NCBI GenBank assembly: GCA_951406725.2
Contig: OX597817.1
Location: 13,578,001 to 13,642,000, forward strand
Direction: 5' to 3'
Length of the DNA: 64,000 bases
DNA from: Octopus vulgaris
Lineage: Eukaryota
Shown: positions 12,432-24,760 of the stretch, piece by piece
Layout: each line of letters begins with the position of its first letter
Position numbering within the stretch: the stretch's first letter is position 1
The notes under the pieces: model-generated
The model's input: the letters and a program-made list of their open reading frames with translations, nothing else
Told to the model about the DNA's origin: nothing
Databases searched by the model: none
Translations under genes and position numbers: made by a program

Positions 12432-13437
12432 TATATTTTTTTTACCTCAATATTTTGGAAGTCATGGAAAATACATCTTTTACATAAATTCTAATGTCAG
12501 TATTTTACTTTCAACTGGACAGTTACTGCACCTCGTTTATTTGGTAATTCTGAAATGTTTTTTTTATTCAAAGTCATTCCCAACAAGGCAACAAACAATC
12601 AACGACAGAACAGGCTTTAAGTAACCCATTTTTTTTTTTTGTTAGTTTGGTCCCATTGTGTGACACCTTGGAAAGTGTCTTCTACTAAAGCCTCAAGATC
12701 AACCAAAACTTTGTGAATGAAATCTCATGGTTGGAAGTGTGTAGAAGCCTCTGTTGGACCATTCCTGGTTTTGGATTGTTTAATTGCTTGGTTTAACACC
12801 AGCACTTGGTCCATGGATACTTCTAGTTGGATTACTGTAGTAGGTCAGGTCTGAAGACTGAACCTAACCCTAGTGTTCTTGTTTCTTCTCATCAGTCTTG
12901 CATTCCTTAAAAAAACTCAAAAAAACCCCATCAGAATCACTACCTTTCCTCCTTTGAATAAACTGATTGAGCAACATAATAATGAAAGGTGTTTCAGTTA
13001 TGACTGTCTCATCTGTCTGTGTATCAAGGATTGAATTGTCCAATGTATCATTTTTTTTTAATAGATAAGATTATAGGGTGTGATTAGAGGGACATTTGAA
13101 GTGGGTTTTTAAAAAAATTATTTCTTAACATGTTGAGCAGCCATGTAGGGCCCGTCCATTTGGCTTGCAGAGTTCAGGTCTTTTCTAAAGGTAGCATAAA
13201 TGAAGCAAAATGATTTTAGAAAGAATTAAACTGTGAAATGTTCACTGTGAATTCATTCTCATTCTGTGGTGCTTACCAGACTCACAGACAGACAATATGA
13301 GTAAAGAAATATGTAAAATGTATTATATTTATAATTTTTTTTTTTTAATCTGTTGATTGAAAAATGTAATTTTAAGTACAGCGGTAAAGTAATAAGGGTT
13401 CTTTTTTTAATTATTAATTAATGCAATTACTGTACAG

Positions 13438-13560
13438 GAGTTAGAAGCTGAGATATTCAACCAAATTGAAAAAGGACACAGTGCTGTAATCGAGAAATTA
13501 CACGAGAGAAGTGCAAATTTAATGAAAATTGAAGATAAATGGAAGTACGATAATGCCAGG
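13438..13560 (+). CDS. KATNB1: KATNB1 exon, start of C-terminal con80 domain (ELEAEIFNQIEKGHSAVIEKLHERSANLMKIEDKWKYDNAR)
   Basis: cag/gtagg; resembles the [20 protein letters not shown] motif. Confidence 0.9.
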
Positions 13561-13754
13561 GTAGGTTCTGATTCCAAAAATAATTTCATGTGCAAGAAAT
13601 AAATGTCTTGTTATTGTTGTTTATGCTCCAGGACATCACTGATCTTATGGTCAAAACATTCCAACTATGACATTCTCTCTTATTTTCAGACAAAATATCA
13701 AGGACTACAATATCAAATATTTTTGTTCTTTTTGTAAGATTTGGCTTAATAGAA

Positions 13755-14018
13755 ATCAGAAATACTAAATTTCTAAATCTCTCATAGAGACATGTACGGT
13801 GGTGGGGCGATAGAATGGTTGTATACTGTCAATCTAATGTGAACATGACAGTAGGGGGTTACACCACCGCTGTTTAGCCCTAGGAAGCATCGACGCCTCC
13901 TGATGGCTTTGACACATTTTTCCTGTGTCCTTATATACATTTACGAAGGGGAGACAAATACCCCCAGCCACCTGGGCTGCGTCTAGGGACACGTGTTTCA
14001 GGATGATTGTCCTTCGTC
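13755..14018 (-). mobile_element. Truncated copy of a related retrozyme family with a 5'-clipped hammerhead
   Basis: 12-bp TSD GGCTTAATAGAA (13743-13754, 14019-14030); minus strand GACGA-AGGA-CAAUCA-UCCU-GAAAC-ACGU-GUC; downstream sequence colinear with the 355-bp unit. Confidence 0.8.
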
Positions 14019-14246
14019 GGCTTAATAGAATTTGATTGTTATTTCCTGCAAGTCGAACAACCATGTAGGAGCTCTTTATTTTGTCGATCATTTAAATAAA
14101 CAAAAACAATATTGACCTTGATGTGATTCCATTTCGGAGCTGTAATCTTCAAAACGTGTAATTAGTTAATTTTTAATAGGTATTCTAATTCAGTTTAACT
14201 GAACCACTATCAGTTATGGTTTATAAGAATTAATTACTATGAATTT

Positions 14247-14605
14247 CTGTTGTGTTTGGGGAGAGCCATTTTCTTTTTGTGCCTTATAATTTAACACTCA
14301 CTGGTAAAATTTCCACTTATTTCTTATTGTTATTTTCCTAAAATTTTCATTGCGTCTTGCAACCTTTTCAATAGTCTTGACTCTGTCCGTTGCAGTGTAA
14401 ATAATGGACAGTCCAGACTATTGAAAAGGTTTCAAGACGCAATGAAAATTTTAGGAAAATAAAAATAAGAAATGTGGAAATTTTACCAGTGAGTGTGTTA
14501 AATTATAAGGCACAAAAAGAAAATGACTCTCCCCAGACACAACAGAATATGCTTCAACACACAAACTCACATAAAGAATCTTGCAAACCAAATCCAAAAA
14601 CTAAA
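14247..14605. mobile_element. Long foldback element (~135-bp inverted arms plus ~60-bp tail), Penelope-like architecture
   Basis: arms ~14247-14382 / ~14412-14545; 12-bp TSD TACTATGAATTT (14235-14246, 14606-14617). Confidence 0.65.
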
Positions 14606-14634
14606 TACTATGAATTTGTTTGTTTTGTTTTCAG

Positions 14635-14711
14635 GCTGCCCTAAAACTATGCATTGATCTCGGAGACCCAGCTCTTGTGATTGATATGTTAAGTGTTATG
14701 AATAGTAAAAA
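14635..14711 (+). CDS. KATNB1: KATNB1 exon (AALKLCIDLGDPALVIDMLSVMNSK)
   Basis: tcag/gtaag; con80 similarity. Confidence 0.92.
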
Positions 14712-14745
14712 GTAAGTAATTGCAAACTGGTTATTTTTATACAGT

Positions 14746-15242
14746 TCTATATTTAAGAGATGAGGAATTATGTACATTATTTATATTATTTACATTATTT
14801 ACATTTGACGGATATTTGTCCTCTTCTTGTTTGTTCCTAACGCAACGTTTCGGCTGATATACCCCGATGAAGGCTGGAGGGTATATAAATAATAATGAAA
14901 TTATTGTATACAGTGCTCAGGTGCACCACAACTTGTCAGAAAGCGCGTATAAAGTGTATGCAGTAATGTACAAATGTCTGGAAAGCGAACAATGCATGAG
15001 TCAGATACATGCTTGTGTGTGTATGGAGGGGAGAAAATCAGGTGTAGTGTTGGCGAATCTCAGAAAGCATGGAAGTTTTGAAGGATGCAGTGCTCCGACA
15101 ACTAACAACCGATGCCGGCAGTTTGTTCCATGCTTCAGCAACTCTCAGCATGAAAAAATGTTTCCTAGCCGAAACATATTAGCTGAAACGTTGTGTTAAC
15201 AACAAACGAGATGAGGACAAATATCTGTCAAATCTAAATAAT
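14746..15242. mobile_element. Penelope-like inverted pLTR remnant with degenerate minimal hammerhead, interrupted by a LINE end
   Basis: inverted arms; (C)YGATGA-AGGCTG-loop-CAGCC-GAAAC motif split by the insertion. Confidence 0.6.
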
Positions 15243-15979
15243 ACTTATTCCTATGTTATCGACATCAAAACTTACATTTTCGGTTTAAATCATCTCATAT
15301 CTTATACTGTCTTTCGAAAAGACAATGTTTTTGCACTACCAAACTGGGAAAATGTTGGGGTTAGGGTTAGAAGTTCTAATCTGAGATTTGATTTAAAAGG
15401 CTGGATGTTTCTCCAACTGGGTTACTTGCTGGCACAGAAAAATGTAATTGAAATTAAATATAGTTTATTGAATTAGCCAAAAGTTCCGGTCTTACTCTGG
15501 GTATTGTTTAAGTAAGGTACATAACTCTTACCATAGCTGTTTTTGTTTTGTGTGAATGAATGAGGAAAATTAATGTATATAAGGATTCCAGTTTATGTTA
15601 ATTAAAATAGGATCTGCTGGTTGTAAAGCAGTTATAAAAATGAAATAGAAATTCAAATAAAAGTAGGCTCACATTGAAGTATTTGTTGCAAATTATACAG
15701 ACAGAAACATAAACTTTTTATGCTTTTGCATTGTAATTATATTTAAGCTTTATAATTACTCTCTTTTACTTGTTTCAGTCATTTGACTGCAGCCATGCTG
15801 GAGCACCTAATTGTTTAAAATATAAATATTATAAATTCTTATCTACAGCCTTGAGAAAAGCTTCCTGAAAAACTTCTTTTATACTTTATTTTATTTTTTT
15901 TTGTGACAAGATTTATTGTTTTATTCAAACCACAAAAACTTTTGCTTCAGTTTTTAATTTCACTTGTAATTCATTTCAG

Positions 15980-16054
15980 AGATTTATGGAATTTAGATCT
16001 GTGTACATTACTCAGTCCCAAATTAGTTGACCTCATCACCAGTCCACACAAACG
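15980..16054 (+). CDS. KATNB1: KATNB1 exon (DLWNLDLCTLLSPKLVDLITSPHK)
   Basis: ttcag/gtaaat; conserved LWxLDLCT motif. Confidence 0.95.
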
Positions 16055-16241
16055 GTAAATACTTTTCTGCTAATATTCTGTTAAGTGGTTGGCATTAGCA
16101 AGAGCATCCAAGCAGAGCCCTTTGCCTTGTCTGCTCTTGACTAACTCTCCAACCCGTGCTAAGCATGGGAAAAGGGGTGATGATGATGTTTCTGTTTATT
16201 TGAAAATATCATCTTGATAATTCATTTAAAATTTATTACAG

Positions 16242-16358
16242 GTATGTTGAAACTGTATGTGGTACTCTAAAGTTGATACTGGAAACATTTGGGCCTTTAC
16301 TAAAATCTTGTCTAAATCCATCTGCTGGAATCGGTGTTGATATCACTGCGGAAGAAAG
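16242..16358 (+). CDS. KATNB1: KATNB1 exon (YVETVCGTLKLILETFGPLLKSCLNPSAGIGVDITAEE)
   Basis: acag/gtacag; conserved LKLIL..F and GVDIxxEER. Confidence 0.95.
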
Positions 16359-16450
16359 GTACAGATTGATATTACTGCCATTATGTATTTTGTAATTCAG
16401 TGTCACTTTCTTTTCTTTGCATGTAAAGAATATTCTTGCTTTCTTTCCAG

Positions 16451-16577
16451 AATGAATAAATGTGAAGTCATTAATGGAAATCTGGACCAGATTAAAGTGA
16501 TCCTAGACAAAATGCAGGTTACGGGTCAATTAGATGATGGATTAAAAGAAGTTCAAATTTTGGTAGAGACACTGTGA
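16451..16577 (+). CDS. KATNB1: KATNB1 last coding exon (MNKCEVINGNLDQIKVILDKMQVTGQLDDGLKEVQILVETL*)
   Basis: ttccag acceptor; TGA at 16575-16577. Confidence 0.9.
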
Positions 16578-19500
16578 TGGCAAGGCATTAATCCTTGTGG
16601 GAGATTACACTTAATGAATGAAAAAATGCAACGTAAGACTGAAAACTTGCTCTTGGTCTCCACTTGAAAGATGAAGTGGAATTATTATTTTTTTTTTTGC
16701 TCCACTTGAAAGAGAGAAAGAGGAAATGAGTTTTGTTATTTTAAATTTAAAGAATGGACAAAGTCATTATATAATTGGATTGACAAGTGCTTTAAAAAAT
16801 TTACATCTTTCCTCTGTCTTTGGTCTGGAAAATGTTCCTTTGAAAGGACAATCACTTTGTGAGTGTACAGTGTTGTAGTTACTGTGACCAAATTCCATCT
16901 TTGATAACTATTTACACAGTCCTTTCAAAGAGATTGCCAAAATACACTGTAACTGCTACATTGTCAATATCTCACCTCCTGTTTTTTTTTCTTATTAAAC
17001 ATGCAAGCAAATTCCTTTTTCTTGTGTAATGACAGATGGGAGTCGATTATCACTTAGGTTTCATTAAAATTAAAACCAAAAGAATTCTGTTAAATAATCA
17101 AATCTGTAATGCAGTAATGAAGATGTGCAGCAAATAATTGTAGCCAGAGCCCTTGTTATTTGTGTACAAATAACCAAGGAAGCCGGTCCTGCCACAATTG
17201 GTGATTTCATTCCAGTAGTTTTCTGTGGCCTTTTAAGCTATGAATTTGCAGATCTAAATTGGGGTGGCTTGGATGGAGGCTAAACCCACCAGATCAACCA
17301 GTTTTTGATTCAGTGTAAATTCAGTCACAAGAACATTTAATAATAATAATAATAATAATAATAATATGCTTTTTCTCTCCATCAGATAAACCTCTTATTT
17401 AAGAAATTAGGATGTTTTTTTTTTTTAATATTGATCTTAGCAAAGCAATCAAATTATCTGCAGAGCACGAGGGTAAATAGACCCCCCCTCCCCCACTTCC
17501 GAAAATAGAAAAAAAGAAGAAGCAAAACACTGTTGGTTCTACATTCTCTTTGATCTCAGTAAGAGGAAGTTGCACTTGTTAATGCCAATCCTTGATTATG
17601 AGAAGGAATTTCAGATTTATCAGTTTTTTTAGTACAGAAATAAATGTATAATACAAACAAAGAGAAAAAAAAAATCAATAAATAAATGTAAATCAGGTAA
17701 AAACTATTAAAAAACAATAACAAACAGAACTGTGTGTGTTCAACTTTATTTCCGTGTTTTAACTTTGTACAAAGCAAATGTTGACATTTTTATCAATATG
17801 CTGAGTAATTGAAGTGAATTCAATAAATAAATAAAACAAGACTATTTCACTCATACACTGACTAGACTGAAAATTTTGAACCTATTATCACCTGCCCTTA
17901 GTTAAAATTTTGTATACACTTGAAAGCTTGTGTGTGTGTGTGTGTATATATGTATATATATATATACATATATACACTCAATGTTTGATATTTTTCTATA
18001 GAAATTGAATTCACAGTTTTCAAGTCTTAAGAAATATCTACATTTAACTTTACATCAACTTGGAATCAGCCTCGATACAGAAAAAAAATCCCCATATTTT
18101 TTGGGGGTTATTACATCCTGGTAGTTTTGGTATTTCAGTTGAAGATGCAGTAGAGTTCCGTTTTATGATGGAGGTGCAATGCCTGTGATCAGATAGGAGG
18201 TAGTAGCGGAAAGGCTGATACTATTTGATCAGTGCATTTAAAAAAATTTTTTTTTTCACAACACTCACTTGAGGGTTTAATTTAATAGCTTGCTGAAAGC
18301 TCTTGACTTCTAATGTCAGTAAAGCATGCCTTATACAAATATAGTAAGCTTAAATTATAAAATATAGAAAACACAAGACTGTTGAAAATGCATAGTCAGC
18401 TCTATCTTTTATAAATGATAAAATGAAAGAAATTACTTTGAATATTTTTCTGAAATATTTAATCTGAAAATATTTTGTAAGCTATCTTATTTCAAATTTA
18501 TCTGCAATGTAATTAGAATTTCAGCAGTATGAGTGCATTCTCTTTTCTCAATGTTTATTATCACAAGCCAAATGAATGTGGCAATTGAGAGATTGTAGAA
18601 ATAGTTTTTAAAGGTAAATCAATAAGTTTCAGAAAAAAAAAAAAAAATTTCATTTCATTTTCTTTTTTTCATGTTTCATGGAAAGAGATCTTTAAAATAA
18701 TTTTAAAATTTAGTTTCTTCAACATAATTTCAATTATTTGAGATGAAAATTATCAAAATTTTGTGTTTGGGAATTTTAGGTAAGTGAAAAAGTGAAAGCA
18801 AATATATATATATATATTTTTTTTTATATTGCAGCATTGACTGGCATGGCTTCATTTGTTTTTTTTTTGTTTTGTTTCGTTTATTTTTAAAAAGAAAGGA
18901 AAATATCAAAGCCACTTCAAATTCTTCAACTTGAAATCTGTAATCACTTTTACAATCAAAATGTATTGGTACTGTTAAGTCATACCCTGAAATACTGAGG
19001 ATAAGTTTTAATAAAAAAAATTTCATTAGAAATTTATATAATGTATAAAGGCTACCATGAAACTTAAAAGAAAAAAAAAATATTGAAATGATGTGTTATA
19101 ACAGAAAAAAAAACCCTTAATGAAGAGCAAAGAAAAACAAAATTCACCTGTAAATTTGTAAATACAGGTCAAATGTTTAAAAATCACTAGAATTGTGACA
19201 TGATTAATTAAATTCTCAATGAAATACAAATTTTTCTGCTTCATTGAATTCTATCTTCAGTCATATATTGATATTTTAATGAGATTGACAAGGAAAGAAA
19301 GGTTCTAGTTAGACAGAAATTTAAGAATTTCTCATCTAATCACTCCCATTTAAATCGACATTTTGGGTTTATAAGGGTCAGGTAACAAGAAAGTCATCAT
19401 AACCACTGACTTCAAATGAACCTAAAACTAATAAACCAGATAGGGTGAAGGGGAAGCATTTGAATGATTTTTTTTTTTTTTCCTCTAAATATTCACAAAG

Positions 19501-19677
19501 TGATACACAATTTTTCAGTTTTACATTCGTTAGGGTGGAAACCAAAATAGAGCAGCAGAATTTTTCCTCAATTCTTGTCTGAAAGGAAAGCAAAGCTATC
19601 CTCAAAACAAGTTTATATATATATATAATATGTATATAGGGGTGGGGGTCTTTGTTTCTGAAAGATGGCAGTTCACC

Positions 19678-19764
19678 TCAGCACATTGGAATGTCATTTG
19701 TGGGTGAGGACACATTGGAAGGTTGATACAAGGTAATTGATGCGATGTGATGGTTCTGCATGGT
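19678..19764 (-). CDS. PHAF1: PHAF1 last coding exon (TMQNHHIASITLYQPSNVSSPTNDIPMC*)
   Basis: tttcag acceptor; resembles human VMQNNHIASVTLY; TGA stop. Confidence 0.93.
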   Translation of the reverse strand, partial: TMQNHHIASITLYQPSNVSSPTNDIPMC

Positions 19765-19990
19765 CTGAAAGAAACAAAAAGTTAACATTAAATCAATGAG
19801 TGCCAATTCAACCGAACAAAAATTAATTACAAGTTTTTATATTTGCTAAGAATCTGTTTCAATTTAATATAGCAGGTATTCATCATCTGAAACTGCATCT
19901 TATATCTAATCTGCAACAATACATGGGGTACCTGTAAACTTTAACATCAGAGTATTAAATTGTGGTAGTTATTTCAGCTTCTACTACTAT

Positions 19991-20162
19991 AAGCGTAGGA
20001 GTGGCTGTGTGGTAAGTAGCTTGCTAACTAACCACATGGTTCCGGGTTCAGTCCCACTGCATGGCATCTTGGGCAAATGTCTTCTGCTATAGCCCCGGGC
20101 CGACCAATGCCTTGTGAGTGGATTTGGTAGACGGAAACTGAAAGAAGCCTGTCGTATATATG

Positions 20163-20195
<33 letters not shown>

Positions 20196-20398
20196 TTGTG
20201 TTTGTCCCCCTAGCATTGCTTGACAACCGATGTTGCTGTGTTTACGTCCCCGTCACTTAGCAGTTCGGCAAAAAGAGACCGATAGAATAAGTACTGGGCT
20301 TACAAAGAATAAGTCCCGGGGTCGATTTGCTCGACTAAAAGGCGGTGCTCCAGCATGGCCGCAGTCAAATGACTGAAACAAGTAAAAGAGTAAAGAGT
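19991..20398 (+). mobile_element. SINE family A
   Basis: full-length copy. Confidence 0.85.
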
Positions 20399-20695
20399 AT
20401 ACAGGAAGATCTTTTCTGATGCATATTTCAAACAATCACATCACTAGTTCTTTTAACAGTTCCCAACGAGGGTGTGAAAAATGGCATTTTAAGGGGTGCA
20501 ACAAAGTGGGGAAGTATATACTTTTTGATTTGTTTGCAGATATTTTTTTTCCAAATTGTTCAGTTTACTTTTGTGTTTTATCCACTGAGTCAAAAGCATA
20601 TATTGTTCAGTACTGTACATGGTTCAGTTTTAGATAAAGATTTTTTTTTAAAAAACCCCAACACTTTTGCTTTTAGGACCTTCTTCATCTTCGAA

Positions 20696-21082
20696 TACTC
20701 CTTTACTTGTTTCAGTCATTTGACTGCGGCCAGGCTGGAGCACCGCCTTTTAGTCGAGCAAATCGACCCCAGGACTTATTCTTTGTAAACCCAGTACTTA
20801 TTTTATCGGTCTCTTTTGCCGAACCGCTAAGTGACGGGGACGTAAACACACCAGCATCGGTTGTCAAGCAATGCTAGGGGGACAAACACAGACACACAAA
20901 CGCATATATATATATATACATATATACGACAGGCTTCTTTCCGTTTCCGTCTACCAAATCCACTCACAAGGCATTGGTCGGCCCGGGGCTATAGCAGAAG
21001 ACACTTGCCCAAGATGCCACGCAGTAGGACTGAACCCGGAACCATGTGGTTGGTAAGCAAGCTACTTACCACACAGCCACTC
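20696..21082 (-). mobile_element. SINE family A
   Basis: near full-length, inverted relative to 19991-20398. Confidence 0.85.
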
Positions 21083-21414
21083 CATACATCTAACATTTGT
21101 GGACATGTTTACAAAATCAAGACAACACAGCACCCATGACTTTCAGACTCATTTTTTCACAGAACTGCTGATGCAGGTAGTTTGTTACATGAACAAACTA
21201 CCTGCATTAGTTGTCAGCTGTTGAGACACTACATCCTTCAAAACTTCTATGCGAATAGTACACCTGATGCTCCCCACCCCCATTTCTTTCTTTTTTTTCC
21301 CCCCCATACTTTTAAAGACTTTCGCTGTTCACTTCCTGTGCATATTCTATGTATGGTTCATGCAGTTTTGGTTACTTTTTCTGATTAGTTGTAGTGCAAC
21401 AAGTTCTTTACTAT

Positions 21415-21740
21415 TACGTGCCAGTGGCATGTAAAAAGCACCATCCGTTCATGGCCGTTGCCAGCCTCGCCTGGCTCCCGTGCCGGTGGCACATAAAAAA
21501 GCACCATCTGATCGTGGCCGTTTGCCAGACTCGTCTGGCACCTGTGCTGGTGGCACGTAAAAAGCACCCACTACACTCATGGAGTGGTTGGCATTAGGAA
21601 GGACATCCAGCCGTAGAAACATTGCCAGATCAAACTGGGCCTGGTGCAGCCCCTGGCTTCCCAGACCCCAGTTGAACCGTCCAACCCATGCTAGCATGGA
21701 AAGCGGACGCTAAACGATGATGATGATGATGATGATGATG
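21415..21740 (+). mobile_element. SINE/RTE-tail family C with (GAT)n tail (other copies near 2760-3355, 4445-4785, 23925-24270, 27040-27312, 39421-39727, 50175-50500, 61473-61785)
   Basis: GGAGTGGTTGGCGTTAGGAAGGGCATCCAGC...CATGCTAGCATGGAAAGCGGACGTTAAACGATGATG. Confidence 0.75.
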
Positions 21741-22178
21741 TAGGGGGTGCGAAAATTAATGAAATATTCCCTAAGAGAGCAGGGCACTGAAAGGGTTAAG
21801 AACCATTGGCCTATGCAGATCATAATTACAGATATGATAACAGAAACACTGAATGTTAAGAGCATTGGTTAGTGATACAATGGGGATTCTTTTAATTAGT
21901 TACAAAGAACGGTCCTTAAAAACCACTGAACTGAACAAATTACGACCCCTGTATTGTACAATATGGCTTAACCTTTTAGCGTTCAGATTATTTTGTCACA
22001 TGTAAAGCTTTTTTATTCACATAGCTTTGAATTAATCATGCATTATCTCATTGCTTTGAAGTTTTGCTGATGTGATTAGCTACTTTTAGAATGTCAGTGT
22101 GGGTTAGGTGTAAGCGGTTTGGTACGACCAGTTAGAATGTAAAATGTAGAATATTCAGGTCAGATACAGCCAGTTTAA

Positions 22179-22387
22179 CCCTTTGGTGTTCAGATTATTC
22201 TATCAAACGTAATGCTTATTGATTCCCATTGATTTGAATTAATCATGCATTATCTCATATCTTCAAGATCTTGATGGTGTAATTACCTAATGTAGAATAA
22301 CAATGTAGGGTAGGTGTGAGAGCCTGGATCTGGTCAGTTTGAACATAAAACAGATTAAATATTTTGGCCGGTTTAAATACTAAAGGG
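22179..22387. mobile_element. piggyBac-type MITE (in tandem with an older copy upstream)
   Basis: TTAA TSD, CCCTTT termini, near-identical to 8941-9159. Confidence 0.8.
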
Positions 22388-22675
22388 TTAAATGCTAATG
22401 TGTTAATAATTTTTAAGTTCTCATTTTTATTGTTAACTATCACTCACCTCTTTGGAATAGTAGAGAATGGTACTGAGTAATTTCCATTATTTCAAGTACT
22501 ACAAGCATGCATAAAGACAACAGGTTACAACACATCATTGTGATGGTGTGTTGTAATCTGTTGAAGTTCCAATAATATTTTTTTTTCTTTTTGCATAAAT
22601 TTCAATATTATAAAAAGAGTGGTACGAGAAAAAGGTTTGTATAGAAGCTAGAATAGATTTGTGGTGAATATTTAC

Positions 22676-22807
22676 TTCAAATATCATATCGTGAACACCA
22701 TAGCAGAGAGTTGATCCAAAAGGGTTACTGGTATTAGTTGAAGATGATCGGGTCAGAATAACAGGTCTCTGTTCTGGTTTCAGCAGGTATTTCTGCACTT
22801 TGTCCCA
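22676..22807 (-). CDS. PHAF1: PHAF1 exon (WDKVQKYLLKPEQRPVILTRSSSTNTSNPFGSTLCYGVHDMIFE)
   Basis: aag/gtaaat; RSSS..NPFGST conserved. Confidence 0.94.
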
Positions 22808-22878
22808 CTTCAATTAGAAAAACAAATATTTTAGCAAGTTGAAATGTAATTTCCTAAAATATTACAATTCTTTTAAAA

Positions 22879-22909
<31 letters not shown>

Positions 22910-24657
22910 CATAAAACCATGTAATGCAAACACACTCAACTTTAACAAATATTTTAGCAAAAATGATTTTAATGTGATTTTTTTTATCATCCCTTTTTAT
23001 AAATTATGATTGCTTGAAAGACAATAATAAATTTATGTCATATAAGATTAATTGGATTTATATGCTAAGTACCAATAATCTGTTGATAATAACAAGGTGC
23101 ATTATACAGATCAAATTTCAGTAAAGCTTTTACATATTTTTATGAATATATACACTGCAGTTAAATTACAAAAGATTACCATTAGGATAGGGTACCGTTT
23201 GTTTGCAGCTGAAATTAATCTAGGCGCAGGTGTGACTGTGTGGTAAGAAGTTTGCTTCCTGATCTCATGGTTCCAGGTTCAGTCCCACTGCGTAGCACTT
23301 TGGGCAAGTGTCCTTTACTATAGCTTTGGGCCTACCAAAGATTTGTGAATGGATTTGGAAGATGGAAACTGAAGGAAGCCTACTGTGTATGTAAAAAAAG
23401 AAAAAGGAAAAGACCCCACTTCAGTCATGAATGAATGACCATGGGATTGCACTGAGAATGTTATCCTCTGAGGCACAAGTCCAGGCAAGGTTGTTAAAGG
23501 AAGACTAGCAGTCACCCATGCATACAAGCCTATCCTGTCCCCGTCACTGATGTTATCCAAGGGAAAGGCATAGGCCGATACAGCTTGCCATGAGTGACAT
23601 CACAACTCATTTCTACAGCTGAGTGAACAGGAGTAATGTGAAATAAAGTGTCTTGCTCAAGAACACAACACGCAGCCCAGACCGGGATTCGAACTCACTA
23701 CCTCATGATTGTGAACCCAATGCACTGAGGCTTGCACCTTCATTGTATATCTATGCATATATATATGTATGAATGTGTGTGTGTTTGTCCACCACCACTG
23801 CTTGACAACTGGTGTTGGTGTGTTTATGTCCCTATAACTTAACAGTTTGGGCCAACCAAAGCTTTGTGAATGGATTTGGCAGACAGAAACTGAAAGCAGC
23901 CCAATATATATATAAATATATATATCATCATCATCATCATCATTTAACGTCCGCTTTCCATGCTAGCATGGGTTGGACGGTTTGACTGAGAACTGGCGAG
24001 CCAGATGGCTGCACCAGACTCCAATCTGATCTGGCAGAGTTTCTACAGCTGGATGTCATTCCTAATGCCAACCACTCCGAAAGTGTAGTGGGTGCTTTTA
24101 CATGCCATTGGCATGAGGGCAGTCAGGCAGTACTGGCAACGGCCACGCTCAAATGGTGTTTTTTTACATGCGACCTGCACAGGAGTCAGTCCAGCGGCAC
24201 TGGCAACGACCTTCTCGAATGTTTTGTCCGTGTGCCACCGGCACCAGTGCCAGTAAGGCGACGCTGGTAACAATTATATATATTATGTGTGTGTGTGTGT
24301 GTGTCTGTGTCTGTATCTCACTACTGCTTGACAACTGATGTTGGTGTGCTTACGTCCCCATAACTTAGCAGTTCAGCAAAGGAGAACGATGGTATAATAA
24401 CCAGGTTTAAAAAATTAAGTACTAGGATTGATTCATTCAACTAAAAAAATTTTCAAGGTTGTGCTCCAGCATGGCCACAGCCTAATGACTGAAACAAGTA
24501 AAGAGATAAAGATGAAAGATATACTGTGTACTAAATAAACACAGAATGGTCTGAAATTCCTATTGGAAACGGACAATAATTTAAAATCCTACAACATGTT
24601 TTCATAAAAAGCAATCAATAACCAAAAAACTAAAAAAACTGGATCAATTTAACCAAC

Positions 24658-24760
24658 CTTGGAATATGCTGTGATAATCAATGGCTCTTCCTCAGATAAT
24701 CCAGTTTCTAATTCTGGTTTATCTATATGGATAGGGATTTTAAATTCACATCTATAATAC
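24658..24760 (-). CDS. PHAF1: PHAF1 exon (YYRCEFKIPIHIDKPELETGLSEEEPLIITAYSK)
   Basis: ttag/gttgg; RCEFKIP conserved. Confidence 0.94.
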
